A DNA stretch of 64,000 nt from Mobula hypostoma (GCF_963921235.1 NC_086108.1:21018001-21082000), one strand, 5' to 3'; numbered from the stretch's first letter, positions 39,697 through 52,182 are shown. Numbers and translations are program-made. The notes: generated by a model from the sequence alone, not told the origin.

Positions 39697-40334
39697 TCTA
39701 CTAACATTATTCTTACTCTTCATGTGCCTTGCGCGTTACACGCTTGGGCGATCATGGCTTTCCACATCAAACGATCCCATGCAGCGTCAATGATCTCTCG
39801 CACACTTAGATCAGTTACCTAATTATGCCGCGTGGAAAGGGAAGGGGAACATTATGGTCAAGAGATGATGCCAAACGTCGTCGGGAAGGGGCAAGGAGAG
39901 GGAGAGAACAAGAATCGGATGAGGCCAGGGCCTCACGACTCCAGGATCAAAGAGTCAGGACAAAAAAAGATGAAAGAAGAAGAGACAGAGGAGGAGAGCA
40001 TGCACGTCTCCAGGATCAGAGACGAACAACAAACAGCAGAAGAGATGAGTGACGGGGGATGAAGGTCTGCACGTCTCCAGAATGACAACAAGAGGTACAG
40101 GGTGGCAGATAAACCAGAAATGATGCCATTAAAAGTGTCCTTCGTTAAACGAGGAGGAGCTATATTTGCTTTTCTACACGTCGTTCTTCTTTAATAAACT
40201 GAGGTTTTCTACTTCAGTTTCCAAAGCAAAGCGATACCAACAGCATTCAGGAAGATTTAATGTTCATTCTGGTCACATCAGACTGCACTACCCTTCTCTC
40301 AAAGGGTGCCCCAACGGGTCACCCCGTTGTCTAG
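39697..40334 (+). mobile_element. Non-autonomous Helitron
   Basis: 5' A|TC and 3' CTAG|T with no TSD. Subterminal hairpin CAACGGG-TCAC-CCCGTTG at 40312-40329. ORF 39825-40052 has STPR-like repeats (ESDEARASRLQDQR; ETEEE..HARLQDQR). Confidence 0.85.
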
Positions 40335-40590
40335 TTTTCTCTAAACTTAATGGAGGAGAGCCAATAAAAGACTGTAGGTGGATTAGAATCCTTCCACTTC
40401 AATAAAATGGCTCTCCTAGCCAGTAAAGTCAAAAAGGCTATCATACATTGAGCAGAAACAGTAATATTTCTTGCTTCCGATGGGATATTCCCAAAAATTG
40501 CAGTAAGCAAATTAGGTTGTAGATCCAGATCCAAAACTTTTGATAGTATTTTAAAAACATCTCTCCAAAAGTTATCTAGCTTTATACAAG
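40335..40590 (-). mobile_element. L1-clade ORF2 C-terminal fragment
   Basis: Translation KLDNFWRDVFKILS...LLARRAILLKWKDSNPP. Confidence 0.75.
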
Positions 40591-40594
40591 ACCA

Positions 40595-40976
40595 CCCTTC
40601 ACCCTCTCTCACCCATCCCCTTGCCTGCCCATCAACTCTTCTGATGCTCCTTCCCCACTTTTTTTCTTCTTTCATGGCCTTCTGTCTTCTTCCATCAGAC
40701 TCCACCTTCTCCAGCCCTATATCTCTTTCAACAATCAGCTCTTTACTTCATCCCTCCTCTTTCAGGTTTCACCTATCACCTTGTGTTTCTCGCTCCCCTT
40801 TTAAATCTACTCTTCAGCTTTTTTCTCCCCCCCCCGCCCCCCCGCAGTCCTGCCAAAGAGTCTTGGCTCGAAACATCAACTATACTCTTCCATAGATGAT
40901 GCCTGGCCTGCTGAGGTCTTAAAGCATTTTGGGTGTGCTGCTTGGATTTCCAGCATCTGCAGATACTTTCTTGTTT
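40595..40976 (+). repeat. Penelope-derived repeat with degenerate hammerhead
   Basis: Pyrimidine-rich UTR, then CAGTC CTGCCAA AGAGTCTTGGCTC GAAACATC AACT at 40845-40881, then the shared terminal sequence. Confidence 0.65.
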
Positions 40977-41007
40977 CTGACTATTAAACAACTTTGTCTT
41001 GGGTTTT

Positions 41008-44000
41008 AGACCATAAGACAAAGGAGCAAAAGTCGGCCATTCGAGTCTGCTCCGCCATTTTATCATGAACTGATCCACTCTCCCATTTAGTCCCACTCCC
41101 CCGCCTTCTCACCATAACCTTTGATGCCCTGGCTACTCAGATACCTATCAATCTCTGCCTTAAATACACCCAACGACTTGGCCTCCACTCCTGCCCGTGG
41201 CATCAAATTCCACAGATTCACCACCCTCTGACTAAAAAAATTTCTTTGCATCTCTGTTCTGAATGGGCACCCCTAAGTCATGCCCTCTCATATTAGACTC
41301 CCCCATCATGGGAAACAACTTTGCCACATCCACTCTGCCCATGCCTTTCAACATTCGAAATGTTTCTATGAGGCCCCCCCCATTCTTCTAAACTCCAAGG
41401 AATACAGTCCAAGAGCAGAGAAACATTCCTCATATGTTAACCCTCTCATTCCCAGAATCATTCTAGTGAATCTTCTCTGTACCCTCTCCAACGTCAGCAC
41501 ATCCTTTCATAAATAAGGAGACCAAAACTGCCCACAGTACTCCAAGTGAGGTCTTACCAGTGCCTTATAGAGCCTCAACATCACATCCCTGCTCCTATAC
41601 ACTATTCCTCTAGAAATGAATGCCAACATTGCATTTGCCTTCTTCACCACCGACTCAACCTGGAGGTTAACTTTAAGGGTATCCTGCATGAGGACTCCCA
41701 AGTCCCGTTGCATCTCAGAACTTTGAATTCTCTCCCCATTTAAATAATAGTCTGCCCGTTTATTTCTTCTGCCAGTGCATAACCATACACTTTCTAACAT
41801 TGTATTTCATTTGCCACTTCTTTGCCCATTCTTCCTATCTATCCAAGTCTCTCTGCAGACTCTCTGTTTCCTCAGCACTACCAGTCCCTCCACCTATCTT
41901 TGTATCGTCAGCAAACTTAGCCACAAAGCCATCTATTCCATAATCCAAATCGTTGATGTACAACGTAAAAAGAAGCGGCCCCAACATGGACTGTGGAACA
42001 TCACTGGTAACCGGCAGCCAACCAGAATAGGATTCCTTTATTCCCACTCTCTGTTTCCTGCTAATCAGCCAACGCCCTATCCACATATGTAACTTTCCCG
42101 TAATTCCATGGGCTCTTATCTTGTTAAGTAGCCTCATGTGTGGCACCTTGTCAAAGGCCTTCTGAAAATCCAAATATACAACATCCACTGCACCTCTCTT
42201 GTCTAGCCTACTTGTAATTTCCGCAAAAACTTGTAAAGGTTTGTCAGGCAGGATTTTCCTTTAAGGAATCCATGCTGAGTTCTGCCTATCTTGTCATATG
42301 CCTCCAGGTACTCTGTAACCTCATCCTTGACAATCGACTCCTACAACTTCTCAACCACCGATGCCAAGCTAACAGGTCTATAATTTCCTTTTTGCTTCCT
42401 TGACCCCTTCTTAAATAGCGGAGTGACATTTGCAATCTTCCAGTCCTTTGGAACCATGCCAGAATCTATAGACTTTTGAAAGATCATCGCTAATGCTTCC
42501 GCAATCTTCACAGCTACTTCCTTCAGAACACGAGGGTACATTCCATCTGGTCCGGGAGATGTATCTACCTTTAGACTATTCAGCTTCCTGAGTACTTTCT
42601 CTGTCGTAATTGTGACTGCGCACACTTCTCTTCCCTGCCACCCTTAAGTGTCTGGTATACTGCTAATGTCTTCCTCAGTGAAGACTGATGCAAAATACTC
42701 ATTCAGTTCCTCCGCCATCTCCTTATCTCCCATTACAATTTCCCTGGCATCATTTTCTCTCGGTCCTATATCTACTCTCACCTGTCTTTTACTCTTTATA
42801 TACTTGAAAAAGCTTTTAGTATCCTCTTTGATATTATTTGCTAGCTTCCCTTCATAGTTCCTCTTTTCCCTCTTAATGACCTTCTGAGTTTCCTTTTGTA
42901 AGCTTTTTAAAAAATCCCAATCCTGTCTTCGCGCTAATTTTTGCCTCCTTGTATCCCCTCTCCTTTGCTTTAACTTTGGCTTTGACTTCTCTTATCAGCC
43001 ACGATTGTATCCTTTTTCCATTCGAAAATTTCTTCTTTTTTGGAATATACCTGTCTTGCACCTTCCTCACTTCTTGCATAAACTCCAGCCACTGCTGCTC
43101 TGCCGTCCTTCCCACCAGTGTCCCTTTCCAGTCATCTGTGGCCAGTTCCTCTCTCATGCCACTATAATTTCCTTTACTCCACTGAAATACCGACACATCG
43201 GATTTCGGCTTGTCTTTTCCAAATTTCACAGTGAACTCAAACATGTTATGATCACTACCTCTTAAGGGCTCCTTCACCTCAATCTCTCTAATCACCTCCG
43301 GTTCATTACACAATACCCAATCCAGTACAGCCGATCCCCTAGTGGGCTCAACAACAAGCTGTTCTAAAAAGCCTTCTTGCAGACATTCTATAAATTCTCT
43401 CTCAAGATCCAGTGCCAACCTGATTTTCCCAATCCACTCGCATGTTAAAATCTCCCACAATTATCATAACACTGCCCTTCTGACAAGCCTTTTCTATTTC
43501 CTGTTGTAATTTGTAGTCCACATCACTGCAGCTGTTTGGAGGCCTGTATATAACTGCCATCAGGGTCCTTTTACCCCTGCGATTTCTTAGCTCAACCCAT
43601 AAAGATTCTGCACCTTCCGATCCTATGTCACCTCCTTCTAATGATTTGATGTCATTTCTTACCAATAAAGCCACGCCATCCCCTCTGCCTACCTTCCCAT
43701 CCTTCCGATACACCGTGTATCCTTGGACGTTCAGCTCCCAGAGACATGCACCGGAGCCACGTCTCAGTGATGGTCACAATATCATACCTGCCAATCTGTA
43801 GCTGTACGACAAGATCATCCACCTTATTCACTATGCTGCATGCATTTAAGTATAACACCTTAAGACCAGTATTTGGTACTTTTCGCTTTGATTTCACTGC
43901 AACTTTGTTGCACTGCAACTCATCCCAATGGCTACAAATTTGCCCCATCACCTGCCTGTCTTTCCTGACATCTTTACTGCTCACTATCTTAGATTTATTT

Positions 44001-45390
44001 CTGTTTTCCCCTTCCTCCACTCTATCATTCCGGTTTCCATCCCCCTGCCAAATTAGTTTAAACCCTCCCTAACAGCTCTACTAAACCTTCCCGCCAGGAT
44101 ATTGGTCCCCTTCGGGTTCAGGTGTAACCTGTTCTTTTTGAACAGGTCATACTTCCCCCAGAAGAGATCCCAATGATCCGAGAATCTGACGCCCTGCCTC
44201 CTGCACCAGTCTCTCAGCCACGCATTCATCTACCTGATCCTACTATTCTTGCCCTCGCTAGCACGTCCCGAGATTACTACCTTGGAGGTCCTGCTTCTCA
44301 GCTTTCTTCCTAACTCCCAGAAATCTCTCTTCAGGACCTCCTTCCTCCTCCTATCCATGTCACTGGTACCAACATGTACCAAGATAACTAGCTGCTCGCC
44401 CTCTCCCTTCAGAATATTCTGGACCCGAACCGAGATACCCCGTACCCTGGCACCTGGGAGGCAACACACCATGCGAGTATCTCTATCAGGCTCACAGAAT
44501 CTCCTGTCTGTTCCCCTGACTATGGAATCCCCTATGACTACCACATTCCTCTTCTCCCTCCTTCACAACAGCGCCAGGCTCAGTGCCAGAGACCCGGTCA
44601 CCGTGGGCGTCCCCTGTCAGATCATCACCCTCAACAGCATCCAGAGCAAGGTATTTGTTGCTGAGGGGGACAGCCACAGGGGTCATCTCCACTATCCGGT
44701 CATTTTCCTTCCCTCTCCTGACAGTCACCCAGTTTTCTGACCCCAGTAGCCTAGGGATGACTACCTCCCTGTAGCTCATGTCTATCACCTCTTCACTTTC
44801 CCTGATAAGCAGTAGGTCATCAAGCTGCAGCTCCAGATCCCTAACACGGTTTCTCAGGAGCTGCATCTCGGTGCACTGGCGCAGATGTGGCCATCAGAGA
44901 GGCTGGAGGTCTCCCAGGATTCCTACATCTGACATCCTGAACAAAGCACTAACCCTGCAGGGATGCTATCTATTTCTACAGGAATGAAACAGGAAGAATA
45001 AGTCTACTCACCCACTTACCTCGCCAAACAGACGAACTTTTTAAACCGTTAGCTCGTACCATTAGCTGTGTGAGCTCTGCTGCTCCTGTTTGTCCGGGTC
45101 AATTCACCAAGGGGGAAAAAAAAAGAGTTGGTGCTTTGCTCTTGCCTCTTCCCGTTACCGCCGAAGCCCGTTGAAGCCAAAGCCCTACACTTTGCTGCCA
45201 CTCACTCTGCTGCCCACTGGATAGGATGATCTCCTTTTTAAACTCTCTGCGCTCTCCTGTCTACTTCACGCGCCTGCGCAGTCTTGTCCTTCTTGCACTC
45301 GAAGAAGTTTTTTAAAAAACTGCCTTCCTTCAGAATTCAGCTCCCACAACGCTCTGTAGTCCCGATCCAAAAGCTTGTATCCTTTGGCTC
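41008..45390 (-). mobile_element. Full-length-like CR1 LINE (5' UTR, ORF1 esterase, ORF2), disrupted
   Basis: ORF1 pieces at 44230-44866 (VVIGDSIVRG, VHVGTSD: SGNH esterase) and ORF2 pieces at 41280-44020. Tail TCTTATGGTCT at 41008. Confidence 0.93.
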
Positions 45391-45404
45391 ATGAAACATT
45401 AACA

Positions 45405-46815
45405 GGTATGATTAACAAACTTGCTAAAATCCATATACACTACATCTATGGCTCTACCTTCATCGATGTGTTTATTCACATCCTCAAAAAATTCAATCAG
45501 GCTCGTAAGGCGTGACCTGCCTTTCACAAAGCCATGCTGACTATTCCTCTCCAAATATTCATAAATCCTGCCTCTCAGAATCTTCTCTATCAACTTACCA
45601 ACCACTGAAGTAAGACTCATTGGCCTATAACTTCCTGGGCTATCCCTACTCCCTTTCCTGAATAAGGGAACAACATCTGCAACCCTCCAATCCTCTGGAA
45701 CCTCTCCCGTCCTCATTGATGATGCAAAGATCATTGCCAGAGGCTCAGCAATCTCCTCCCTCGCTTCTCACAGTAGCCTGGGGTACATCCCGTCTGATCT
45801 GAGTGACTTATCCATCTTGATGCTTTCCAAAAAGCTCCAGCACATCCTCTTCCTTAGTATCTACATTCTCAAGCTTTTCAATCCACTGCAAGTCATCCCT
45901 ACAATCGCCAAGATCCTTTACCGTAGTGAATACTAAAGCAAAGTATTCATTAAGTACCTCTGCTATCTCCTCCATTTCCATACACACTTTTCCACGGTCA
46001 CACTTGATTGGTCCTATTCTCTCACGACTTATTCTCTTGCTCTTCACATACTTGTAGAATGCCTTGGGGTTTTCCTTAATCCTGCCCACCAATGCCTTTT
46101 CATGGACCCTTCTGGCTCTCCTAATTTATTCTTAAAAACCTTCCAGCTAGCCTTATAATCTTCTAGATTCCTATCACTACCTAGTTTCTTGAACCTTTTG
46201 TAAGCTCTTTTCTTCTTGACGAGATTTACAATAGCCTTTGTACACCATGGATCTTGTACCCTACCATCTTATCCATGTCCCATTGGAACGTAACTAGTCA
46301 GAACCTCACGCAAATATCCCCTGAACATTTGCCATATTTTTTCCGTACGTTTCCGAGAACATCTGTTTCCAATCTATGCTTCCAAGTTCCTGCCCGATAG
46401 CCTCATATTTCCCCTTACTCCAATTAAAAGTTTCCCTAACTTGTCAGTTCCTATCCCTCTCTAATGTTATAGTAAAGGAGATAGAATTGTAATCACTATC
46501 TCCAAAATGCTCTCCCACTGAGAGACCTGACACCTGACCAGGTTCATTTCCCAATACCAGATCAAGTACAGCTTATCTACATATTGTGTCAAGAAACCTT
46601 CCTGAACACCCCTAACAAACTCCACCCCATCTAAACCCCTCACTCTAGGGAGATGCCAATCAATATTTGGGAAATTAAAATCCCACCACAACAATCCTGT
46701 TATTATTACTCCTTTCCAGAATCTGTCTCCTTATCCACTCCTCGATGTCCCTGTTACTATTTGGGTCATCTATAAAAAACACCCAGTAGTTATTGACCCC
46801 TTCCTATTCCTAACC
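45405..46815 (-). mobile_element. CR1 ORF2 internal fragment
   Basis: Motifs DFNFPNIDW, KENPKAFYKYV, VPEDWRVA and VVYMDFSK. Confidence 0.88.
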
Positions 46816-47885
46816 TGTATATCACTGGAATAGCAACACATCACAGCAGCAGCGGATCTGTCACAGAAGCATATGATAGTTACAACTTAGAGGACGGACT
46901 GGGTATGGACCCTCCTCTAACTTTGGTTTCTTCTTCGAGTACATCGAGATTTGACTGCTTTTTCTCAAGTTTCCTCTCATGAAGTAGGAAATAATGTCGA
47001 GAACACCTTTCTTTGCCTTATTGCTTTGCTCCCAGTCAGGGTCATTATCAATGAACTGGTCCACGATTTGTGTGATCTTGGTAATACTAGTGCTGAGGAA
47101 TTTTGTGGTGAGGTTTCTTGCTGATGTTTCTTCTTCCTCACTGTATCCTCAGATTCACTCAATAGCGTTGCTCAGCCACTTCTCCAAGCTCTTCATTATT
47201 TAGGTTCTCACCATGAGAACACAGTTTCATATCCATGCTAATGCTTTTCCTAGACATCTTAGATGTACTACCCTCACTGGAAGTTGCAGGCCATTTTCCA
47301 GACATTATGGGTGAAAAGTGGGCAAGTGGCCAAGTGGTTAAGGCATTGGACTAGCGACCTAAAAGTCGTGAGTTCAAGCCCCAGCCGAGGGAACTTGTTG
47401 TGTCCTTGAGCAAGGCACTTAATCACACAGTGCTCTGCGACGACACTGGTGCCAAGCTATATGGGTTCTAATGCCCTTCCCTTGGACAACATTGGTGTCA
47501 TGGAGCGGGGAGACTTGCAGCATGGGCAACTGCTGGTCTTCCATACAACCTTGCCCAGGCCTGCACCCTGGAGAGTGAAGACTTTCCAGGCACAGATCCA
47601 CGGTCTCGCAAGACTGACGGATGCCTTTATGGGTGAAAAAAATGGAATAAATTGGCAAGGAGGCAAGAATGTTTACACATGCAGGACAGGCAGAGCGTGA
47701 TTGGCTTGAGTGGCTCAGGGTGTATGTACAGTGCTCCCACTGGCTGATTAAATATTTACTGTAATGACAGCTGCTCAAGAAATTTTAAGTGTTGTTTAGA
47801 ATGAATTTTTTGCTATTTTAAAAAATTTCAATAAAGAATTGAAGAACCATGTTGTAATAAATCAGTGCTATGCGGGGTGTGAGTG
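46816..47885 (-). mobile_element. Internally deleted pogo/Tigger-like DNA transposon
   Basis: Terminus at 47885 next to TA. N-terminus MSGKWPATSSEGSTSKMSRKSISMDMKL from ATG 47305 is joined to a Tigger-type C-terminus (FIDNDPDWEQSNKAK...SQISMYSKK). Confidence 0.6.
47318..47626 (+). mobile_element. tRNA-derived SINE with 13-bp TSD
   Basis: TSD TTATGGGTGAAAA at 47305-47317 and 47627-47639. A box TGGCCAAGTGG, B box GTTCAAGCC and central TGTGTCCTTGAGCAAGGCACTTAA. Confidence 0.92.
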
Positions 47886-47887
47886 TA

Positions 47888-48310
47888 GTCAGAATGCTCT
47901 CCAACCAGTACCTGTAGAAATTTGCAAGAGTCTTCAATGACATCCCAAATCTCCTCAAATTCCTAATGAAACAGAAGCAGTGGAGTGGCATCTTCACGAC
48001 TGCATCAATGTGTTGGACCCAGGATAGACCTTCTCAGATGCTGACACCCAGGAATTTGAAGTGGCTCATCTTTTCATACGCTGAGCCCTCAATGAGGTGT
48101 GTGTTCTCCTGATCCCCCTTCCTCACAACCACAATCAATTCCTTGGTCTTGCTGACAATAAGTGCAAGGTTGTTGTTGCAACACCACTCAACCAGCCCTG
48201 TATATCTCTTATCGCCATCTGAGTTCTGTCAACAACAGTGCTGTCATCAGCGAACTTTCAGATGACATTTGAGCTGTGCCTAGTCACACAATCATGAGTG
48301 TAGAAAGAGT
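47888..48310 (-). mobile_element. Rex1-like RT fragment
   Basis: Minus strand HSSNVI*KFADDSTVV and FKFLGV motifs. Confidence 0.7.
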
Positions 48311-48344
48311 GGAACAGTGGGACAGGCGTGCATCCTTGAAGTGC

Positions 48345-48487
48345 ACCTCTCCCTCCCACTTTCAAATTTCTTACTAACTCTTCCTTCAGTTAGCCCTGAC
48401 GAAGGGTCTCGGCCTGAAACGTCGACTGTACCTCTTCCTAGAGATGCTGCCTGGCCTGCTGCGTTCACCAGCAACTTTGATGTGTGT
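48345..48487 (+). repeat. Penelope-derived terminal repeat
   Basis: Closely similar to 16660-16797. Confidence 0.8.
48391..48428 (+). ncRNA. Minimal type I hammerhead ribozyme motif, core intact
   Basis: TAGCC-CTGACGA-A-GGGT CTCG GCCT-GAAA-CG-TC-GACTG: complete CUGANGA/GAAA core, GUC cleavage triplet and palindromic ACGT in place of stem III. Confidence 0.75.
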
Positions 48488-49359
48488 TCATTGAAGAAAA
48501 GTGTTTTCAAAAGGTGTTCAGTAAAAAGTTGGAACAGCACAAAATTCAGAGATAAAATCACCCTCTTTTAGTGTTTACTAATTTATAATTTCCCAAAAAT
48601 ATTTACTTAAACAATGATAAGTGCAAAGCCTTCAAGTCTAATTTAAAATCTTCTTGAGATAGTTTCAGAGATCACCTACTAAGTTTTGAATTCTGTACTA
48701 GAATTTCAGCATATTTAGAAGTCCAGACTTTTTTGTTAATTAAATGTATTCACAATGGGTAACATGTACTGTCAAAAATGAGTCAATTTACAATTGTCAT
48801 GAATATTTTTCACTGATGTCTAATCTTCACTGGACTCATGCATCAGTCTCTGCAGTCTCCTACAGATCCAAGATATCAGTAGTCCTGTAATTCTCTCAAT
48901 CTTGAAAAATACCAAATGTAATCATCTATGACAACCACGCATTCAGCCACTGAGGCTTTCAACTTCAACTAAAACTTTTCTTAGAAGTATTTATTAAAGT
49001 CCATTTGGCCAAGATTCTGATCATACTTGTACTTACTTTTTTTTTGAGTTATTGAAGCTCAAAGACTCTTAGAATATATTTATTTTGTTAAAAATGAATT
49101 AAAATTATTGATGCAATATTTTGGAGTTCTACAGCTACACATTTTCAGCATGATTTTCCCTTTGGAGAACTATTTAACTTTCAATAATTATTTTATTTTT
49201 GGAAAGGCAGTGAATTGGAAAATAACACAAATTATAAGCCACAAATACTGTAAAGAAATATAGCTGCCTCAGTCAAATGCACCATGCAGACTGAACTCAA
49301 GTTACCTGTTTCAAATACAGGAGAACAGAATGCAACTATAATCCAGTCCTGCAAAAATA

Positions 49360-50954
49360 CAAACCCCAATTCCAGAAAAGTTGGGATATTTTCCAAAATG
49401 CAATAAAAACAAAAATCTGTGCTATGTTAATTCATGTGAACCTTTATTTAACTGACAAAAGTACAAATAAAAGATATTCAATAGTTTTACTAACCAACTT
49501 AATTGTATTTTGTAAACATACACAAATTTAGAATTTTATGGCTGCAACACACTCAACAAAAGTTGGAACAGAGTTAAAATAAGATTGAAAAGTGCACAGA
49601 ATATTCAAGTAACACTGGTTTGGAAGACTCCACATTAAGCAGGCTAATTGGTAGCAGGTGAGGTATCATGACTGGGTATAAAAGTAGCGTTCCATCAAAG
49701 GCTCAGTCTTTGCAAGCAAGGATGGGTCGTGGCTCACCCCTTTGTGCCAAAATTCCTGAGAGAATTATTAGTCAGTTCAAAAGGAACATTTCTCAACGCA
49801 AGGTTGCAGAGAATTTAGATCTTTCAACATCTACAGTACATAATATTGTGAAAAGATTCAGAGAATTCAGAGACATCTCAGTGGGTAAAGGGCAAGGTCG
49901 GAAACCACTGTTGAATGCACGTGATCTTCGAGCCCTCAGGCGGCACTGCCTAACAAGCCATCATGCTACTGTGACAATTATAGCCACCTGGGCTCAGGAG
50001 TACTTCGGAAAACCATTGTCACTCAACACAGTCCATCGCTGCATCCAGAAACGCAACTTGAAACTGTATTACGCAAGGAGGAAGCCATACATCAACTCTA
50101 TGCAGAAACACCGGTGAGTTCTCTGGGCCCGAGCTCATCTCAGATGGACTGAAAGACTGTGGAACCGTGTGCTGTGGTCAGATGAGTCCACATTTCAGCT
50201 AGTTTTCAGAATAAACGGGCGTTGAGTTCTCCGTGCCAAAGATGAAAACGACCATCCAGATTGTTATCAGCGAAAGGTGCAAAAGCCAGCATCTGAGATG
50301 GTATGGGGGTGCATCAGTGCCCACGGCATGGGTGAGTTGCATGTATGTGAAGGTAGCATTGACTCTGAGGCGTATATTAGGATTTTAGAGAGACATATGT
50401 TGCCATCAAGGCGACATCTCTTCCCGGGACATCCATGCTTATTTCAGTAGGACAATGCCAGACCACATTCTGCACGGGCTACAACAGCATGGCTTTGTAG
50501 ACACAGGGTGTATGTGCTTGACTGGCCTGCTGCCAGTCCAGATCTATCTCCTATTGAAAATGTATGGCGCATCATGAAGAGGAGAATCAGACAACGGAGA
50601 CCACGGACTGTTGAGCAGCTGAAGTCTTATATCAAGCAAGAATGGATAAAATTTCCAATTGCAAATCTACAATTAGTATCCTCAGTTTCAAAACGATTAA
50701 GAAGTGTTATTAAAAGGTGATGTAACACAATGGTAAACATGCCTCTGTCCCAACTTTTGTTGAGTGTATTGCAGCTATCAAATTCTAAATGTGTATGTTC
50801 ACAAAATACAATTAAGTTGGTCAGTAAAACTATTGAAAACCTTTTCTTTGTACTTTTGTCAGTTAAATAAAGGTTCACATGAATTAACATATCATAGATT
50901 TTTGTTTTTATTGCATTTTGGAAAGTACCCCAACTTTTCTGGAAATGGGGTTTG
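49360..50954 (+). mobile_element. Full-length Tc1-like transposon (DD34E), inactivated
   Basis: TA flanks at 49358-49359 and 50955-50956; long TIRs starting CAAACCCCA. Transposase from ATG 49722 with WSDES and DNARPH..SPDLSPIE (34 residues between D and E). Stops at about 50115, 50223 and 50448. Confidence 0.95.
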
Positions 50955-52182
50955 TAAATGCTTTAAGTTCAACTTAAATAAAGATTGATTGCCATAGTGG
51001 TAATTACCACTGGATCAGTAATCGAGAGAGCCAGTTATACACTAGGGACATGAGTTCGAATCCCACCATGGCAGATGGTGAATTTGAATTCAATAAAAAT
51101 ATCTGATGACCACGAAACTATGCCCCTGTCGAAACGATCTCCTTACTAGCATCCGGGAACTTGTGCCAAAGTTGGGAGGGCAATCTTACAGACAGACAGC
51201 ATAGTTGTACTGACAGAATCAGACCTTACAGTTAACATTCCAGACTCCATCACCAATTCTGGGTATGTACTGTCTCACCGGCAGGATAGACCTGCAGGGG
51301 TTGTGGCACAGTGCTATACAATAGAGAGGGAGTTGCCCTGACAACTTTCAACATCAACTATGGACTCCATGAAGTCTCATAGCACCAGGTTAAACATGGG
51401 CAAGAAAACCTCCTGCTGATTACCAGGGACTGTCCTCCCTCAGCTGATGAATCCGTACTTCTCCATGTTGAGCAGCACTTGGAGGAGGCATTGAGGGTGG
51501 CAAGGGCACAGAATGTACTTCAATATCCATCACCAAGAGTGGTTTGGTAGTACCACCACAGACCGAGCCGCTGGTCGGGTCCTACTGGACATAGCTACTA
51601 GACTGGAACTACAGCAGGTGGTGAGGGAACCAACAAGGGGGGGAACAAACACACAACCTCATTCTCAACAACCTGCCTGCCACGGAAGCATCTGTCCACG
51701 ACAACATTGGTACAAGTGACCAACATACAGTATTTGTGGAGACAATATCCCGTTTCCACATTGAAGAAACCCACTACTGCCTGGTTCGGAAATTGCACCG
51801 TCTCAGATCGCAAGACCCTGGAGTGGATAGTGAGGTCAGCTGAAGGGATCATCCGGGTCTCTCTTCCCCCCATTACAGACATTTATACCACACACTGCAT
51901 CCACAAAGCTAACAGCATTGTGAAGGACTCCACACACCCCTCATAGAAACTCTTCACCCTCCTGCCATCTGGCAAAAGATACCAAAGCATTCGGGCTCTC
52001 ATGAGCAGACTGTGTAACAGTTTCTTCCCCCAAGCCATTAGACTCAATTCCCAGAGTCCAGTCTGACACCAACCTACACATACACACACACACATTCAAC
52101 TGAACACCACTCCACTCCCTTTGTAATTTTTGCCCATTTCTTTCTCAATTCCTGCTAAAACATTGTTTACATTTAACATTTA

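Noticed and set aside
47318..47390. tRNA gene
   Set aside because: A and B boxes are present but there is no full cloverleaf; it is the head of a TSD-flanked SINE (same for about 24765-24837 and 50991-51065).
51103..51118. CTGATGA-CCAC-GAAAC apparent hammerhead core
   Set aside because: No stem II pairing and no convincing stem I or III; likely a chance product within the SINE-like head.
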